The position numbers and the translations under genes were made by a program. Positions 19,773 to 28,109 of a stretch of DNA of 64,000 nucleotides are shown here, piece by piece; position 1 is the first letter of the stretch, and every line of letters begins with the position of its first letter. The DNA comes from Candidatus Gottesmanbacteria bacterium. Its GTDB lineage: Bacteria; Patescibacteriota; Microgenomatia; UBA10105; UBA927. The stretch lies in assembly GCA_963790805.1 (NCBI GenBank), contig CAWBPL010000002.1, forward strand, positions 512,696-576,695. The letters are read 5' to 3'. A model generated the notes under the pieces. The model searched no databases. It was not told the origin of the DNA and worked only from the letters and a program-made list of their open reading frames with translations.

Positions 19773-20486
19773 ATGTGTTCCCGATATTCATTTGCACCCA
19801 ACAGCCTGCATTACTGCGGCCCTGAAAAGCAGAATGACATGCTCGGGTACGTGAAAGAGGATGTCGTTGACGAAGGGCTTATTGAAATACTCCATCGCTT
19901 TGAGACGCTGTATCCCTATCTTGTTCTGATCGCCGCTTCTAACGGGATGAACGATCCTTTTGACCGAAAGGTCGTTGAAGCATATTGGCTTGGAAACAAG
20001 CTTCTTGGTCAGGTGAAGGGAAGTTCATTTGCGAACCATCTTACCGATGCGTTGAAACTCAAAATGAAAATTCCGATGTCGAAGCTTACACCCATGATGA
20101 ACCATGTTATCGACGGTGTCCCGCAACATAATTTTCATGTGATGAATATATTTATCCGTACGGGGCACGAAACGGTCACGCATACGCTTTCAACTATGGA
20201 TGAGTGTAGGATCAGCTGGGGCAGATTAGTAGGGGAATTTAATAATACGAAAATGACCAAAAGGCAATATATCGTGCGCACACAGCCGCTTGTGTATGAG
20301 CGGGAAAAACTTACTTTAGGGGTACCAGTCAATAAAATCGTCACGGATATCGCGATGTCACCGAAGATCGGGCAATGGGTCAGTCTCCACTGGGGATATA
20401 TTTGTGATGTATTAACCATGCAACAGCTTCAACTTCTGAAGAAACATACCGCTCTCGCTCTTTCTTTTGCCAATACAACAGTATGA
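19773..20486 (+). CDS. Conserved-looking hypothetical protein starting 'MC' (hydrogenase-context)
   Basis: SD AAGGTG lies 5 nt upstream of ATG 19773, while ATG 19746 has none. N-terminus MCSRYSFAPNSLHYCGP. C-terminus GQWVSLHWGYICDVL resembles the HypC C-terminal strand. Confidence 0.55.
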   Translation: MCSRYSFAPNSLHYCGPEKQNDMLGYVKEDVVDEGLIEILHRFETLYPYLVLIAASNGMNDPFDRKVVEAYWLGNKLLGQVKGSSFANHLTDALKLKMKIPMSKLTPMMNHVIDGVPQHNFHVMNIFIRTGHETVTHTLSTMDECRISWGRLVGEFNNTKMTKRQYIVRTQPLVYEREKLTLGVPVNKIVTDIAMSPKIGQWVSLHWGYICDVLTMQQLQLLKKHTALALSFANTTV

Positions 20487-20884
20487 TGATCTACGTGGTG
20501 GGAAATTCGCTTAAACCAAACGATAGTGTTCCGTTACAACTTATTAAACCCCTTCAGAGAATTTTTCCTCAATGTCATATAGAAGAAGTGGATCCGAATG
20601 AGAATTTTGTTCCGGAAGGGGGGAGTGTCATTATCGATACAGTTGAGGGGATTAAAGGCGTTACCATATTTCATAATATTGATGCGTTTGTAACGACAAA
20701 AAGCGTTTCACCGCATGATTACGATTTGGGGTTTCATCTCAAACTTCTTTTTAAATTGAGGAAAATATCAACCATTACCATTCTTGGTATCCCAGCGGAC
20801 GCATCAATGGAAAAGATACTCCGAAGTGTGGAATCAACGCTCAAAAAATTAATGAATAAAATAGAACGCAAGCGCGAGAAGTGA
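20483..20884 (+). CDS. Hydrogenase maturation endopeptidase (HycI/HybD-like)
   Basis: VVGNSLKPNDS, VIIDTVEG and SPHDYDL correspond to the GNxxxxDD / D / H metal-ligand pattern. ATGA overlap with the upstream gene. Confidence 0.6.
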   Translation: MMIYVVGNSLKPNDSVPLQLIKPLQRIFPQCHIEEVDPNENFVPEGGSVIIDTVEGIKGVTIFHNIDAFVTTKSVSPHDYDLGFHLKLLFKLRKISTITILGIPADASMEKILRSVESTLKKLMNKIERKREK

Positions 20885-22105
20885 TGCGGTTGAAATGACG
20901 ACAACAGAGATGATGCCGAAGTTTTGTTGAAATTTTGAATTGGCGTGAGACCCCATAATTGCTTTATTATTCGTGAGTTTTAAGAGGTAGTAAAAAATAA
21001 ACGGCAGCATCATGCTGTTTAACGCTTGGGAGGCGATAACGAGACTAAACAAAGAGACCTTCGGGAAGAGGACAATACCGCCGGCAACAACGAGTTGGAA
21101 GACAAAGATGAGATAGAAAGTTCGACTTTTGGTAAACGACGTATCAAGACTTCCTGACAATCCGAAGAATTCAGCAAATGCATAGGCGGTAGAAAGAGAG
21201 ACGGTGACGATTCCCATAAATCCTGCGATTAATATACCGAAAGCAAACAGCGTGCCGGCAAGTTCTCCTGCAAATGGTTTGATGGCAAGCGCTGCCTGAG
21301 TGCCGGAAACAAGCGTGATGTGATGGACATAGAGGGTGGCTGCTGTAGCTACTATCATGAAGAAGGAAAAAAAGTCCGTCAAAAATGCTCCCCAGTAGGT
21401 TTCAAATTGTGAATATTTGAGCCGTCCAGCCTCTATTTTTTTATCGAACGCAAAGCTGCTGATGAAAAATTGTCCCCACGGGGTGACGGTTGTGCCTAAT
21501 ACTCCTAGCCCGATGATGATGTAATTGCGGATGTATTCCGGGGTCATAGCGACGCCGTGGGGAAAAAGAAGGTTTGTGGTAGCAAGGGACCAATCCGGTT
21601 TTGCCCTGAAGGCAGAAAAAATATATGCAAGGTAAAATAGGCAGGAAATAAGCATAATATTTTGGTTGAGCTTGTAGTTTCCTTTAATAACGAAGAAAAA
21701 TATCACAATAAGGAGAGCAATAATCGTTGGAATTGCAGGAATATTGAGAATGTTACTTGTTGTTTTAACTGCCGCCACATCTACGATGATTGTGCCCATG
21801 TTTGCGATAAGAAGACACACAAAGATGAAAATTGACGCCTTGATGCCGTAATGTTCACGAATAAGGTCGCCCAATCCTTTTCGTGTTACCAGAGCCAAGC
21901 GGATTCCCATTTCCTGCGTGATGCCCAGAAGTACGGTAATAAGAAGAAGTGCAAATAAGATAGGGTATCCAAGCGTTGCTCCAGCGATTGAGTAGGTGGC
22001 AACGCCTGAAGCGTCATTGTCAGCCATCGCGGTGATGGTGGCGGGTCCAAAGACCGTAAGAAATAAGAGGAGTCGCCGCCTGTATTTTTTGAGAAATTCT
22101 ATCAT
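20849..22105 (-). CDS. NRAMP-family transporter, divergent metal site (NRMT-like)
   Basis: Collinear with MntH. The TM1 motif is D-A-S-G where MntH has D-P-G-N. The TM6 motif is T-P-W where MntH has M-P-H. Confidence 0.85.
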   Translation of the reverse strand: MIEFLKKYRRRLLLFLTVFGPATITAMADNDASGVATYSIAGATLGYPILFALLLITVLLGITQEMGIRLALVTRKGLGDLIREHYGIKASIFIFVCLLIANMGTIIVDVAAVKTTSNILNIPAIPTIIALLIVIFFFVIKGNYKLNQNIMLISCLFYLAYIFSAFRAKPDWSLATTNLLFPHGVAMTPEYIRNYIIIGLGVLGTTVTPWGQFFISSFAFDKKIEAGRLKYSQFETYWGAFLTDFFSFFMIVATAATLYVHHITLVSGTQAALAIKPFAGELAGTLFAFGILIAGFMGIVTVSLSTAYAFAEFFGLSGSLDTSFTKSRTFYLIFVFQLVVAGGIVLFPKVSLFSLVIASQALNSMMLPFIFYYLLKLTNNKAIMGSHANSKFQQNFGIISVVVISTASLLALAFYFIH

Positions 22106-23310
22106 TGTATCTTTTTTAAGATAATATCTGACAAATCGTCAACGGTAACGACTCCCAATATGTGTTTTTCCCGATTGATAACAGGGAGACAGGGGATTTT
22201 ATATTTGAAGAGTTTATAAATAACCACCTCGATAGACGTCGTCAAAAGAACGACGATTGGCTCCGGCACCATAAATTTGTACGCCGGTGTATCAAAATCC
22301 TGCATCATGAGTTCGTGGGGACTAAAAACGCCGACCAGTTGATCGTCGCGGTTCAAAACATAAATTGCGGTCACAGAAGAAAAATCGACAGTTGTATGCC
22401 GAATAGTGCGTAAAATTTCCCTGACGGTCATGTGAGATTCGATGGCGCAGAATTCACTGGTCATAAGTTTTCCAACCGGAGTTCGAGAAAAGGTCATGAG
22501 CCGATGGAGCGTGTTTTGTTTATCGTGAGGAAGAATTTTCATTATTTTATCCCGTTTGGCGCGTTCCAGTGCCAGCAATATGTCGGCGGCTTCATCGGGG
22601 CTGATATCAAGAATTATTTGGGCCGCCTTTTTGGGTTCAAACCGCTGAAAAAGATCAACCTGATAATTAACGCTCAGATTTTCAATAATTTCAGCAGCTT
22701 TGTTGATGTCAAGAGTTTGGAGGAACGTGTGAACGTTTTGCGTATTGGTCATTTCCAGATAGTCGGCAAGATCTTCTTCGTGGATTCTTGATAATCGTTC
22801 TTCCTGCTGTTTGAGTTTAATTTGGCCGTCTTTTAGCTCTAAAGTTAAAATATCACCCCACGACAGAAGCGTCATGGGTATGTCAAATCGGAAGAATTTG
22901 GCTATAATCCGTATCGGTCTTTCAACGCCGAGCCGTCGAAGAATTCCGGATACGCCGATATCGATTCCCGAAATAGAGAGCATGGGAATGTCTTGAAGGA
23001 TTATATCGTTTGCGCGCACAACTTTATTTCCCACAAGATCGATAATTTGTTTATCGAGTAATACTTTGGCGGCTGAGAGCTCCTGGTCACCCGATTTGAT
23101 GTTTTCGATCGTCCATTTAATGTCAATATGATGATCGATGTATCGCAGGGATGAAATGCCGATAAGTTTGGTTTTCTGTTGTTGTTCAACAAGAATTTTG
23201 GTTACTTGCGGGGTTTCGGCATTCAAAAAAATGATGTCGCGGAGTCGGCCAAGCATGTGCTGGTCTTCTGAAAAGACTTGTTTCCCAATAAGTTCAGAAA
23301 AAAAAAGCAT
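22102..23310 (-). CDS. Soluble PRC-barrel + MgtE-N + tandem CBS protein
   Basis: Start trimmed to MLFFSELIGKQ (SD AAGGAGGTGG). MgtE_N-like DLADYLE...AAEIIENL...PDEAADILLAL, then a CBS pair. No TM. 4-nt overlap with the NRAMP gene. Confidence 0.8.
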   Translation of the reverse strand: MLFFSELIGKQVFSEDQHMLGRLRDIIFLNAETPQVTKILVEQQQKTKLIGISSLRYIDHHIDIKWTIENIKSGDQELSAAKVLLDKQIIDLVGNKVVRANDIILQDIPMLSISGIDIGVSGILRRLGVERPIRIIAKFFRFDIPMTLLSWGDILTLELKDGQIKLKQQEERLSRIHEEDLADYLEMTNTQNVHTFLQTLDINKAAEIIENLSVNYQVDLFQRFEPKKAAQIILDISPDEAADILLALERAKRDKIMKILPHDKQNTLHRLMTFSRTPVGKLMTSEFCAIESHMTVREILRTIRHTTVDFSSVTAIYVLNRDDQLVGVFSPHELMMQDFDTPAYKFMVPEPIVVLLTTSIEVVIYKLFKYKIPCLPVINREKHILGVVTVDDLSDIILKKIQ

Positions 23311-23452
23311 TCCACCTCCTTGTGGTACGCATTGGGTTTTTAAAATCCGGATGTTTAAGTCGTGGTTTCCTGTTTCTATCTTCCCGCGGTGGTATATACG
23401 AATTCCAACCTCATTGTAGTCCCATAATCCAAGAAAGAGCAAGAGGGAAATG

Positions 23453-24748
23453 TCATGTTTCTGTCCAACGTACTTTCAAAAAATGGGTCGCACAGCTCAT
23501 GCACGGATCATAGGCACGGATAATTTTTTGAATTTCAAACGTCAACTCTTCCTTGGGTGCATCGATATGCGCGCTGACGAAATCGCGGATGGCGTGTTCT
23601 ATGCCGATTTGGTTCTGGCCCGTCGGTACGATAACTTTCGATTTGACCACTTTTCCCTCCGCACTCATGGCAACTTTGTGATAGAGGATGCCCCGTGGCG
23701 CTTCGATGATCCCCACGCCTTCCGCCTCTTTCGGCATTACGGTTGGCGGGGTTTCGGGCAGTGCTTGGTATTGATTGATTAAATCTATGCTCATGTCGAG
23801 CGCATGAAGCATCTCGACAGCCTGCGCAAGATTATTATGAAATATATTATTGGACGGGAATTGGGATAAAGCGAGAGCAGCGTCCTGTTTGGTTTTTGGA
23901 TGGAGAGAGTCGCGGTTAAGGTTCATTCGAGCTAACGCTCCCACCATATGGATGGAATCGCCAAAGAGGTAACCGGTTGAGGCAGAATAGGGGATTGATT
24001 GTCTTTTTAATTTATTCTCGAATTCATTAGGCGGGATTTGGGTTCCGTCGCTTGTTATAAGGGTCCCTTCGAGGAAGGAAAATTCCGGATCTTTTAAAGC
24101 CATGAATTTAAGCTCCTGAGTGAGTTCAAACGGGCATGAGAGAAATACCTCAATAAGCCGTAGAATTCTTGGTCGTATTTCGGCAAGCACCGGTATAAGC
24201 GCAAGAAGTGACTCTTTGGTCGGTATCTGGCTTAAACCTCCGACAGCAAGATATGGTGCGTGGACCGATCTGCCTGCGGTCGCTATACTTAATTTATTTC
24301 CCGCTTCCTTCACCGCAAAACAATCATGGATAAGATCGTGTTCAGCCGGATTATTTTCATCAAATGCAAGAATTGACTCGCGGTTAAATAGATCCGGAAG
24401 CACAAAGACATAGAGATGAAGCCCGTGATCGCGGATGATAAGACCATAATTTAATAGTTTTCGCAAAAGTTTGCTTTGGGCTGATATTTGAAGTCCCAAT
24501 CCATTTTCAACCGATTTTAAACTAGCTAACAGGTGAGCATTACTGCATGTGCCGCAGATACGCGCAAGAAGATGGGGGAGATTGGTGATCGTTTTGCCGC
24601 GGACTGCCTGTTCGAAAAATCGTCGCATTTCGACGATCCCGAAATTGCACTGCGTCAGCTGGCCGTCTCGAATCTGGAGATCAAGTTTCGCCGTTCCTTC
24701 GATTTTGGTAATTTCATCGAGTGTAAGATCAAGGTTTGTTGTGTGCAT
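23453..24748 (-). CDS. [NiFe]-hydrogenase large subunit
   Basis: L1 RICGTCSNAH, L2 DPCMSCATH, plus a 9-aa C-terminal extension (FLKVRWTET) for endopeptidase cleavage. The start (M at 24748 or 24763) is uncertain. Confidence 0.9.
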   Translation of the reverse strand: MHTTNLDLTLDEITKIEGTAKLDLQIRDGQLTQCNFGIVEMRRFFEQAVRGKTITNLPHLLARICGTCSNAHLLASLKSVENGLGLQISAQSKLLRKLLNYGLIIRDHGLHLYVFVLPDLFNRESILAFDENNPAEHDLIHDCFAVKEAGNKLSIATAGRSVHAPYLAVGGLSQIPTKESLLALIPVLAEIRPRILRLIEVFLSCPFELTQELKFMALKDPEFSFLEGTLITSDGTQIPPNEFENKLKRQSIPYSASTGYLFGDSIHMVGALARMNLNRDSLHPKTKQDAALALSQFPSNNIFHNNLAQAVEMLHALDMSIDLINQYQALPETPPTVMPKEAEGVGIIEAPRGILYHKVAMSAEGKVVKSKVIVPTGQNQIGIEHAIRDFVSAHIDAPKEELTFEIQKIIRAYDPCMSCATHFLKVRWTET

Positions 24749-24915
24749 AGTTTGTATTGTCATTCCCGACCTGATCGGGAATCTTCTTTTGCCGCTTTTG
24801 CTCACGAACGAAAATCTAGATCCGTCTTCAGTTTCAAACTCGTATTCTCCATGTATTTGGTCCTTAAGAGAAAATGAAGCCGGACAAAATTTTGTTCGCT
24901 CGCATAATCACTCTC

Positions 24916-25401
24916 TTATACTATATTAAACTCCTTTAAATATTTATCGATTAAATCCAAAAACGGCTGTTCGTTCATGGGACATCCATTTACCTCATCA
25001 TCAACTGTAACCACCTGCCGCAGAAATTTTACCATCGGCGCATGGTTAAATTGCTCAAGGAGCGCTTTGATTTCTTCTTTGGTAGGCCCATCAAAACGGT
25101 TTCGTTGGCCGCTGGGGAGCCCTGTACAGGCGCATCCGCCGATAGCCACGAGTTTGGTCGCAAGGCCTCTGATTTTCTTGAGTTTTTCTTCTTGTTCACT
25201 TGAAGAGATCGCTCCTTCCACGAATGCGACGTCCATCGGTTCCCACCGGTTGGTATTTTGCAGGACCTTGGCATGGACAAACTCAATTTTTTCTTTCCAG
25301 ATTTGCCAGCGTGTGTTGAGAAGCTCAGTAAATACGATTGTGGAATCTTCACAGCAGGTAAAGGTAAACCATCCGACGCGCAGTTTCTTTTTCGGTTCCA
25401 T
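24916..25401 (-). CDS. [NiFe]-hydrogenase small subunit, minimal (161 aa, HoxY-like)
   Basis: Cys ligands FTCCEDS, GGCACTG and NGCPM, enough for one proximal cluster. No Tat signal. Confidence 0.8.
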   Translation of the reverse strand: MEPKKKLRVGWFTFTCCEDSTIVFTELLNTRWQIWKEKIEFVHAKVLQNTNRWEPMDVAFVEGAISSSEQEEKLKKIRGLATKLVAIGGCACTGLPSGQRNRFDGPTKEEIKALLEQFNHAPMVKFLRQVVTVDDEVNGCPMNEQPFLDLIDKYLKEFNIV

Positions 25402-25452
25402 AGTTCAATAATATACAAATACTGGGGGCAGTACCAAGAGGCGCGATGGGAT

Positions 25453-26070
25453 TTACCGGAGAACCTGATTTACGGCAGTAGAAAGGTCATTGATACTTGA
25501 TAAATCCAGTTTTTTGCCGTTGAGGAAAAACGTTGGCGTCGCGTCAACGCCGAATCTGGTGCCGGCTGCTATATCATCAAGAATCCTATTGGTGAGGGTC
25601 GTATTTTTCATATCAGCGTCAAATTTTGTCATATCGAGGTTAAGTTGTTTGGCAAGATCGGTAAATTCAGTATCAGAAAATTTGTCCTGATTGGCAAAAA
25701 GAAGGTCGTACATTTCCCAGTATTTTCCCTGAACACCTGCGGCTTCGGCAGCTTGAGCCGCCTGATGGCTGAAGGGGTGTTGGTCAAGGGGAAAATTGCG
25801 ATACACATAGAGTAGATTGTCTTTATGAGCAGCTACGATTGCGTCAACGGTTGGTTTTGCGGCAAGACAGGCGGGACACTCAAAATCAGAAAATTCGACG
25901 AGATATACTTTCGCCTGAGGATTACCCTTTGTGTGCGCATCTTTGGGAATCATGTCATCTTGTGTGAGGGTGGGGGCGGGTTTGGTTAACACCAACGAAG
26001 CCAGTCCGATAACGACCGCAGTGATAACGATGATACCTAAAAACATTTTTGTTTCCCCTGTGAATTTCAT
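25453..26070 (-). CDS. DsbA-like thiol:disulfide oxidoreductase, membrane anchored
   Basis: N-terminal TM, thioredoxin fold, active site FECPAC. Confidence 0.8.
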   Translation of the reverse strand: MKFTGETKMFLGIIVITAVVIGLASLVLTKPAPTLTQDDMIPKDAHTKGNPQAKVYLVEFSDFECPACLAAKPTVDAIVAAHKDNLLYVYRNFPLDQHPFSHQAAQAAEAAGVQGKYWEMYDLLFANQDKFSDTEFTDLAKQLNLDMTKFDADMKNTTLTNRILDDIAAGTRFGVDATPTFFLNGKKLDLSSINDLSTAVNQVLR

Positions 26071-26076
26071 ACGAAT

Positions 26077-26550
26077 TTAGGAATGAGCCTCAAGTATATA
26101 ACTTTTCCACGCAAGGATACAGATGATCGTCATATTGACAGCAGACAGAGCGCACCATGTACAAATGCCCTTTATACGAAATATCTCCGTGTAGGTAAAC
26201 CAAGCCACAAAGCAGACGCCAAATGTTGCCATAGCAAGCATGCCCTTCAGGAGGTTTTTGTTCGTTGAGGTTGTGCGAAGAAACGCAAGGATCGTTAAGA
26301 TCGAATATCCCACAAGTCCGACTGCAGGAACAGGGATGCCGAATGGGTAGCTTAAGGGGCTTTTTTGAACAAGTGAGCAGCCGCCTGCGGTAAAGCAGAC
26401 AATCGACGAATGCCGTAAGAAACTTTGGAGAACATAGACTGCCATAATGATGCCGATGATAGAAAGAACGAACATGATGCGGTTAATCGTAACTATGTCA
26501 AATGCGGACGACAAACGTGTGTTCATAACGGAGGTGGTACTTAGCATCAT
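26077..26550 (-). CDS. Vitamin K epoxide reductase (VKOR) family protein
   Basis: 4-5 TM, loop cysteines (CFTAGGC), CTWC redox motif. A 6-nt gap separates it from the DsbA gene. Confidence 0.75.
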   Translation of the reverse strand: MMLSTTSVMNTRLSSAFDIVTINRIMFVLSIIGIIMAVYVLQSFLRHSSIVCFTAGGCSLVQKSPLSYPFGIPVPAVGLVGYSILTILAFLRTTSTNKNLLKGMLAMATFGVCFVAWFTYTEIFRIKGICTWCALSAVNMTIICILAWKSYILEAHS

Positions 26551-26572
26551 AATATGAGGAGTATTTAAGATA

Positions 26573-26588
26573 TGTAATATATATTACA
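26573..26588. promoter_or_regulatory. Perfect 16-bp palindrome TGTAA-N6-TTACA (candidate Crp/Fnr-family operator)
   Basis: TGTAATATATATTACA lies in the divergent VKOR / crp-like intergenic region. The spacing matches the CRP-type TGTGA-N6-TCACA. Confidence 0.45.
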
Positions 26589-26643
26589 CTAATTTTGTGA
26601 AAAAAGTATATACTATGCGCATATAAACACTTTTCCAACACCT

Positions 26644-27288
26644 ATGAATACATCAGTTCATCGCATAGTAGATGGTTTTTTTTCAAAATTTACTAAGTTG
26701 CAATATAAAAAGGGAGAACTCATTCTTCGGGCAGGGGATCCGCCTCCGGGTGTTTTATATCTCCAAAAAGGGTTTATACGCATGAGTTTTGTCGCTCAGA
26801 ATGGAGATATGCTTGTTCTTCATGTATTTAAAGCCGGTTCATATATTCCCATGACGTGGGTTATTAATAACACTCCCAACCGATATTATTTTGAGGCGCT
26901 CACCGAAGTGGATTTGTGGCGGGCGCCCGTTGAGGATGTGCGAAAATTTATTCGGGAAAATCCAGAGGTGAGCGAACATTTTATGTCAAGGATCCTCACT
27001 GGTTTGAGCGGCGTTCTTGAGCGGATGGAGCATTTGATTTTTGAAACTGCCTATCATAAAACTATTCTCCTTCTTTTGTATTACGTCAAGAATTTTTCCG
27101 GTTCTGATGGAGAAGGAGAGAAACTAATGATTCCTTTGACCCATAAAGAAATTGCGGCATGGATTGGTACGACCCGCGAAACAGCAAGCATTCAAATAGA
27201 ACTTCTCAAGAAAAGAAAGCTCATCATCTATAACCGGCGTTATATTGTCATCCCCGACATCGCCAAACTCAAAGCAGAATTATCTTAA
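26644..27288 (+). CDS. Crp/Fnr-family transcriptional regulator
   Basis: N-terminal cNMP-binding-like beta-roll and C-terminal HTH (HKEIAAWIGTTRETASIQIELLKKRKLI). No N-terminal Fnr Cys cluster. Confidence 0.85.
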   Translation: MNTSVHRIVDGFFSKFTKLQYKKGELILRAGDPPPGVLYLQKGFIRMSFVAQNGDMLVLHVFKAGSYIPMTWVINNTPNRYYFEALTEVDLWRAPVEDVRKFIRENPEVSEHFMSRILTGLSGVLERMEHLIFETAYHKTILLLLYYVKNFSGSDGEGEKLMIPLTHKEIAAWIGTTRETASIQIELLKKRKLIIYNRRYIVIPDIAKLKAELS

Positions 27289-27291
27289 AAA

Positions 27292-28107
27292 TTATCGACA
27301 ACCTACGGTGTAATTTGTAGTTCCTGAAGCAGTGCAGGATTCACAGAGGCCATATGTTGGATCGTTAACCTGCGTGCAAGAAGCTGGGCCCGCATCAATG
27401 CTTCCGCCGCATGTGTATGCTCCAGGGGTCGTTGTTGTGGGGTACGTGCAGTTAAACGCACCGCCACAGGAACCGCCTGAACAGGAACCACATGAACAGG
27501 TGGCATATTGATACGTTGTTATACCGGTACAATCGTAATCCCAGCTTCCGTCGGCTCGTGCCGTTGTGAAAAAATTCGTTTGATTCCAATGTGCATTTTT
27601 GGCTGACGCATTACCATCCGAAGGACTTGCATCGTAACAGTCAACTTGGATGGGGCTTTGGAGAGTATTCAGGCGGACATAGGTAGGTCCGGGCTTGTTT
27701 GCAGATACCGTTTCTACGTTTGAAGCCGGATATCCATCGCCGTCTGCATCAACCATCCAAACACCTGCGCCGGGTTTTAATGAAGCAGGGCTCCCTGCGC
27801 AGCCGGAGGGTAAAGCGATTGATCCTCCTGTAATGCTTATCGTTCCGGCTCCGATACTTTGACCGCAGGATAAGGTTAATGTTCCCGATTGAATGATGAG
27901 TGTTCCTGTGTTACTGGAGCCGGATCCGAAATCAACTCCGCCGTCCGATGTGCCGGCAAATGAGCAACTATTATTCGCGCCTAAATTAATCGTTTGTGTG
28001 GAGGTTGTGACGTCTGGGCAAGTGGATGATGAAGCAAACACCGGTCGCGGGGTACCAAATATAATGAATGTCAGTATGATGAAGACGATTATAGCGATAT
28101 ATTTCAT
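27292..28107 (-). CDS. Secreted Cys-rich protein (16 Cys) with DADGDGY motif
   Basis: Signal peptide ...PVFASSS. Gly/Ser/Thr-rich. C-terminal CSCGSCSGGSCGG cluster. Confidence 0.65.
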   Translation of the reverse strand: MKYIAIIVFIILTFIIFGTPRPVFASSSTCPDVTTSTQTINLGANNSCSFAGTSDGGVDFGSGSSNTGTLIIQSGTLTLSCGQSIGAGTISITGGSIALPSGCAGSPASLKPGAGVWMVDADGDGYPASNVETVSANKPGPTYVRLNTLQSPIQVDCYDASPSDGNASAKNAHWNQTNFFTTARADGSWDYDCTGITTYQYATCSCGSCSGGSCGGAFNCTYPTTTTPGAYTCGGSIDAGPASCTQVNDPTYGLCESCTASGTTNYTVGCR

Positions 28108-28109
28108 AA

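Noticed and set aside
23311-23452. Possible metal riboswitch (M-box, Mn or NiCo type) in the ~110-nt leader of the MgtE-N/CBS-NRAMP operon
   Set aside because: I could find only a weak CCACC/GGTGG anti-SD pairing. None of the conserved cores of those riboswitch classes are present. Worth a cmscan but unsupported by eye.
26573-26588. The AT-rich palindrome TGTAATATATATTACA as a dif/Xer site
   Set aside because: The inner arms read AATA/TATT rather than the conserved ATAA/TTAT(G) of dif. There is no XerD-arm TTATGTTAAAT-like sequence.
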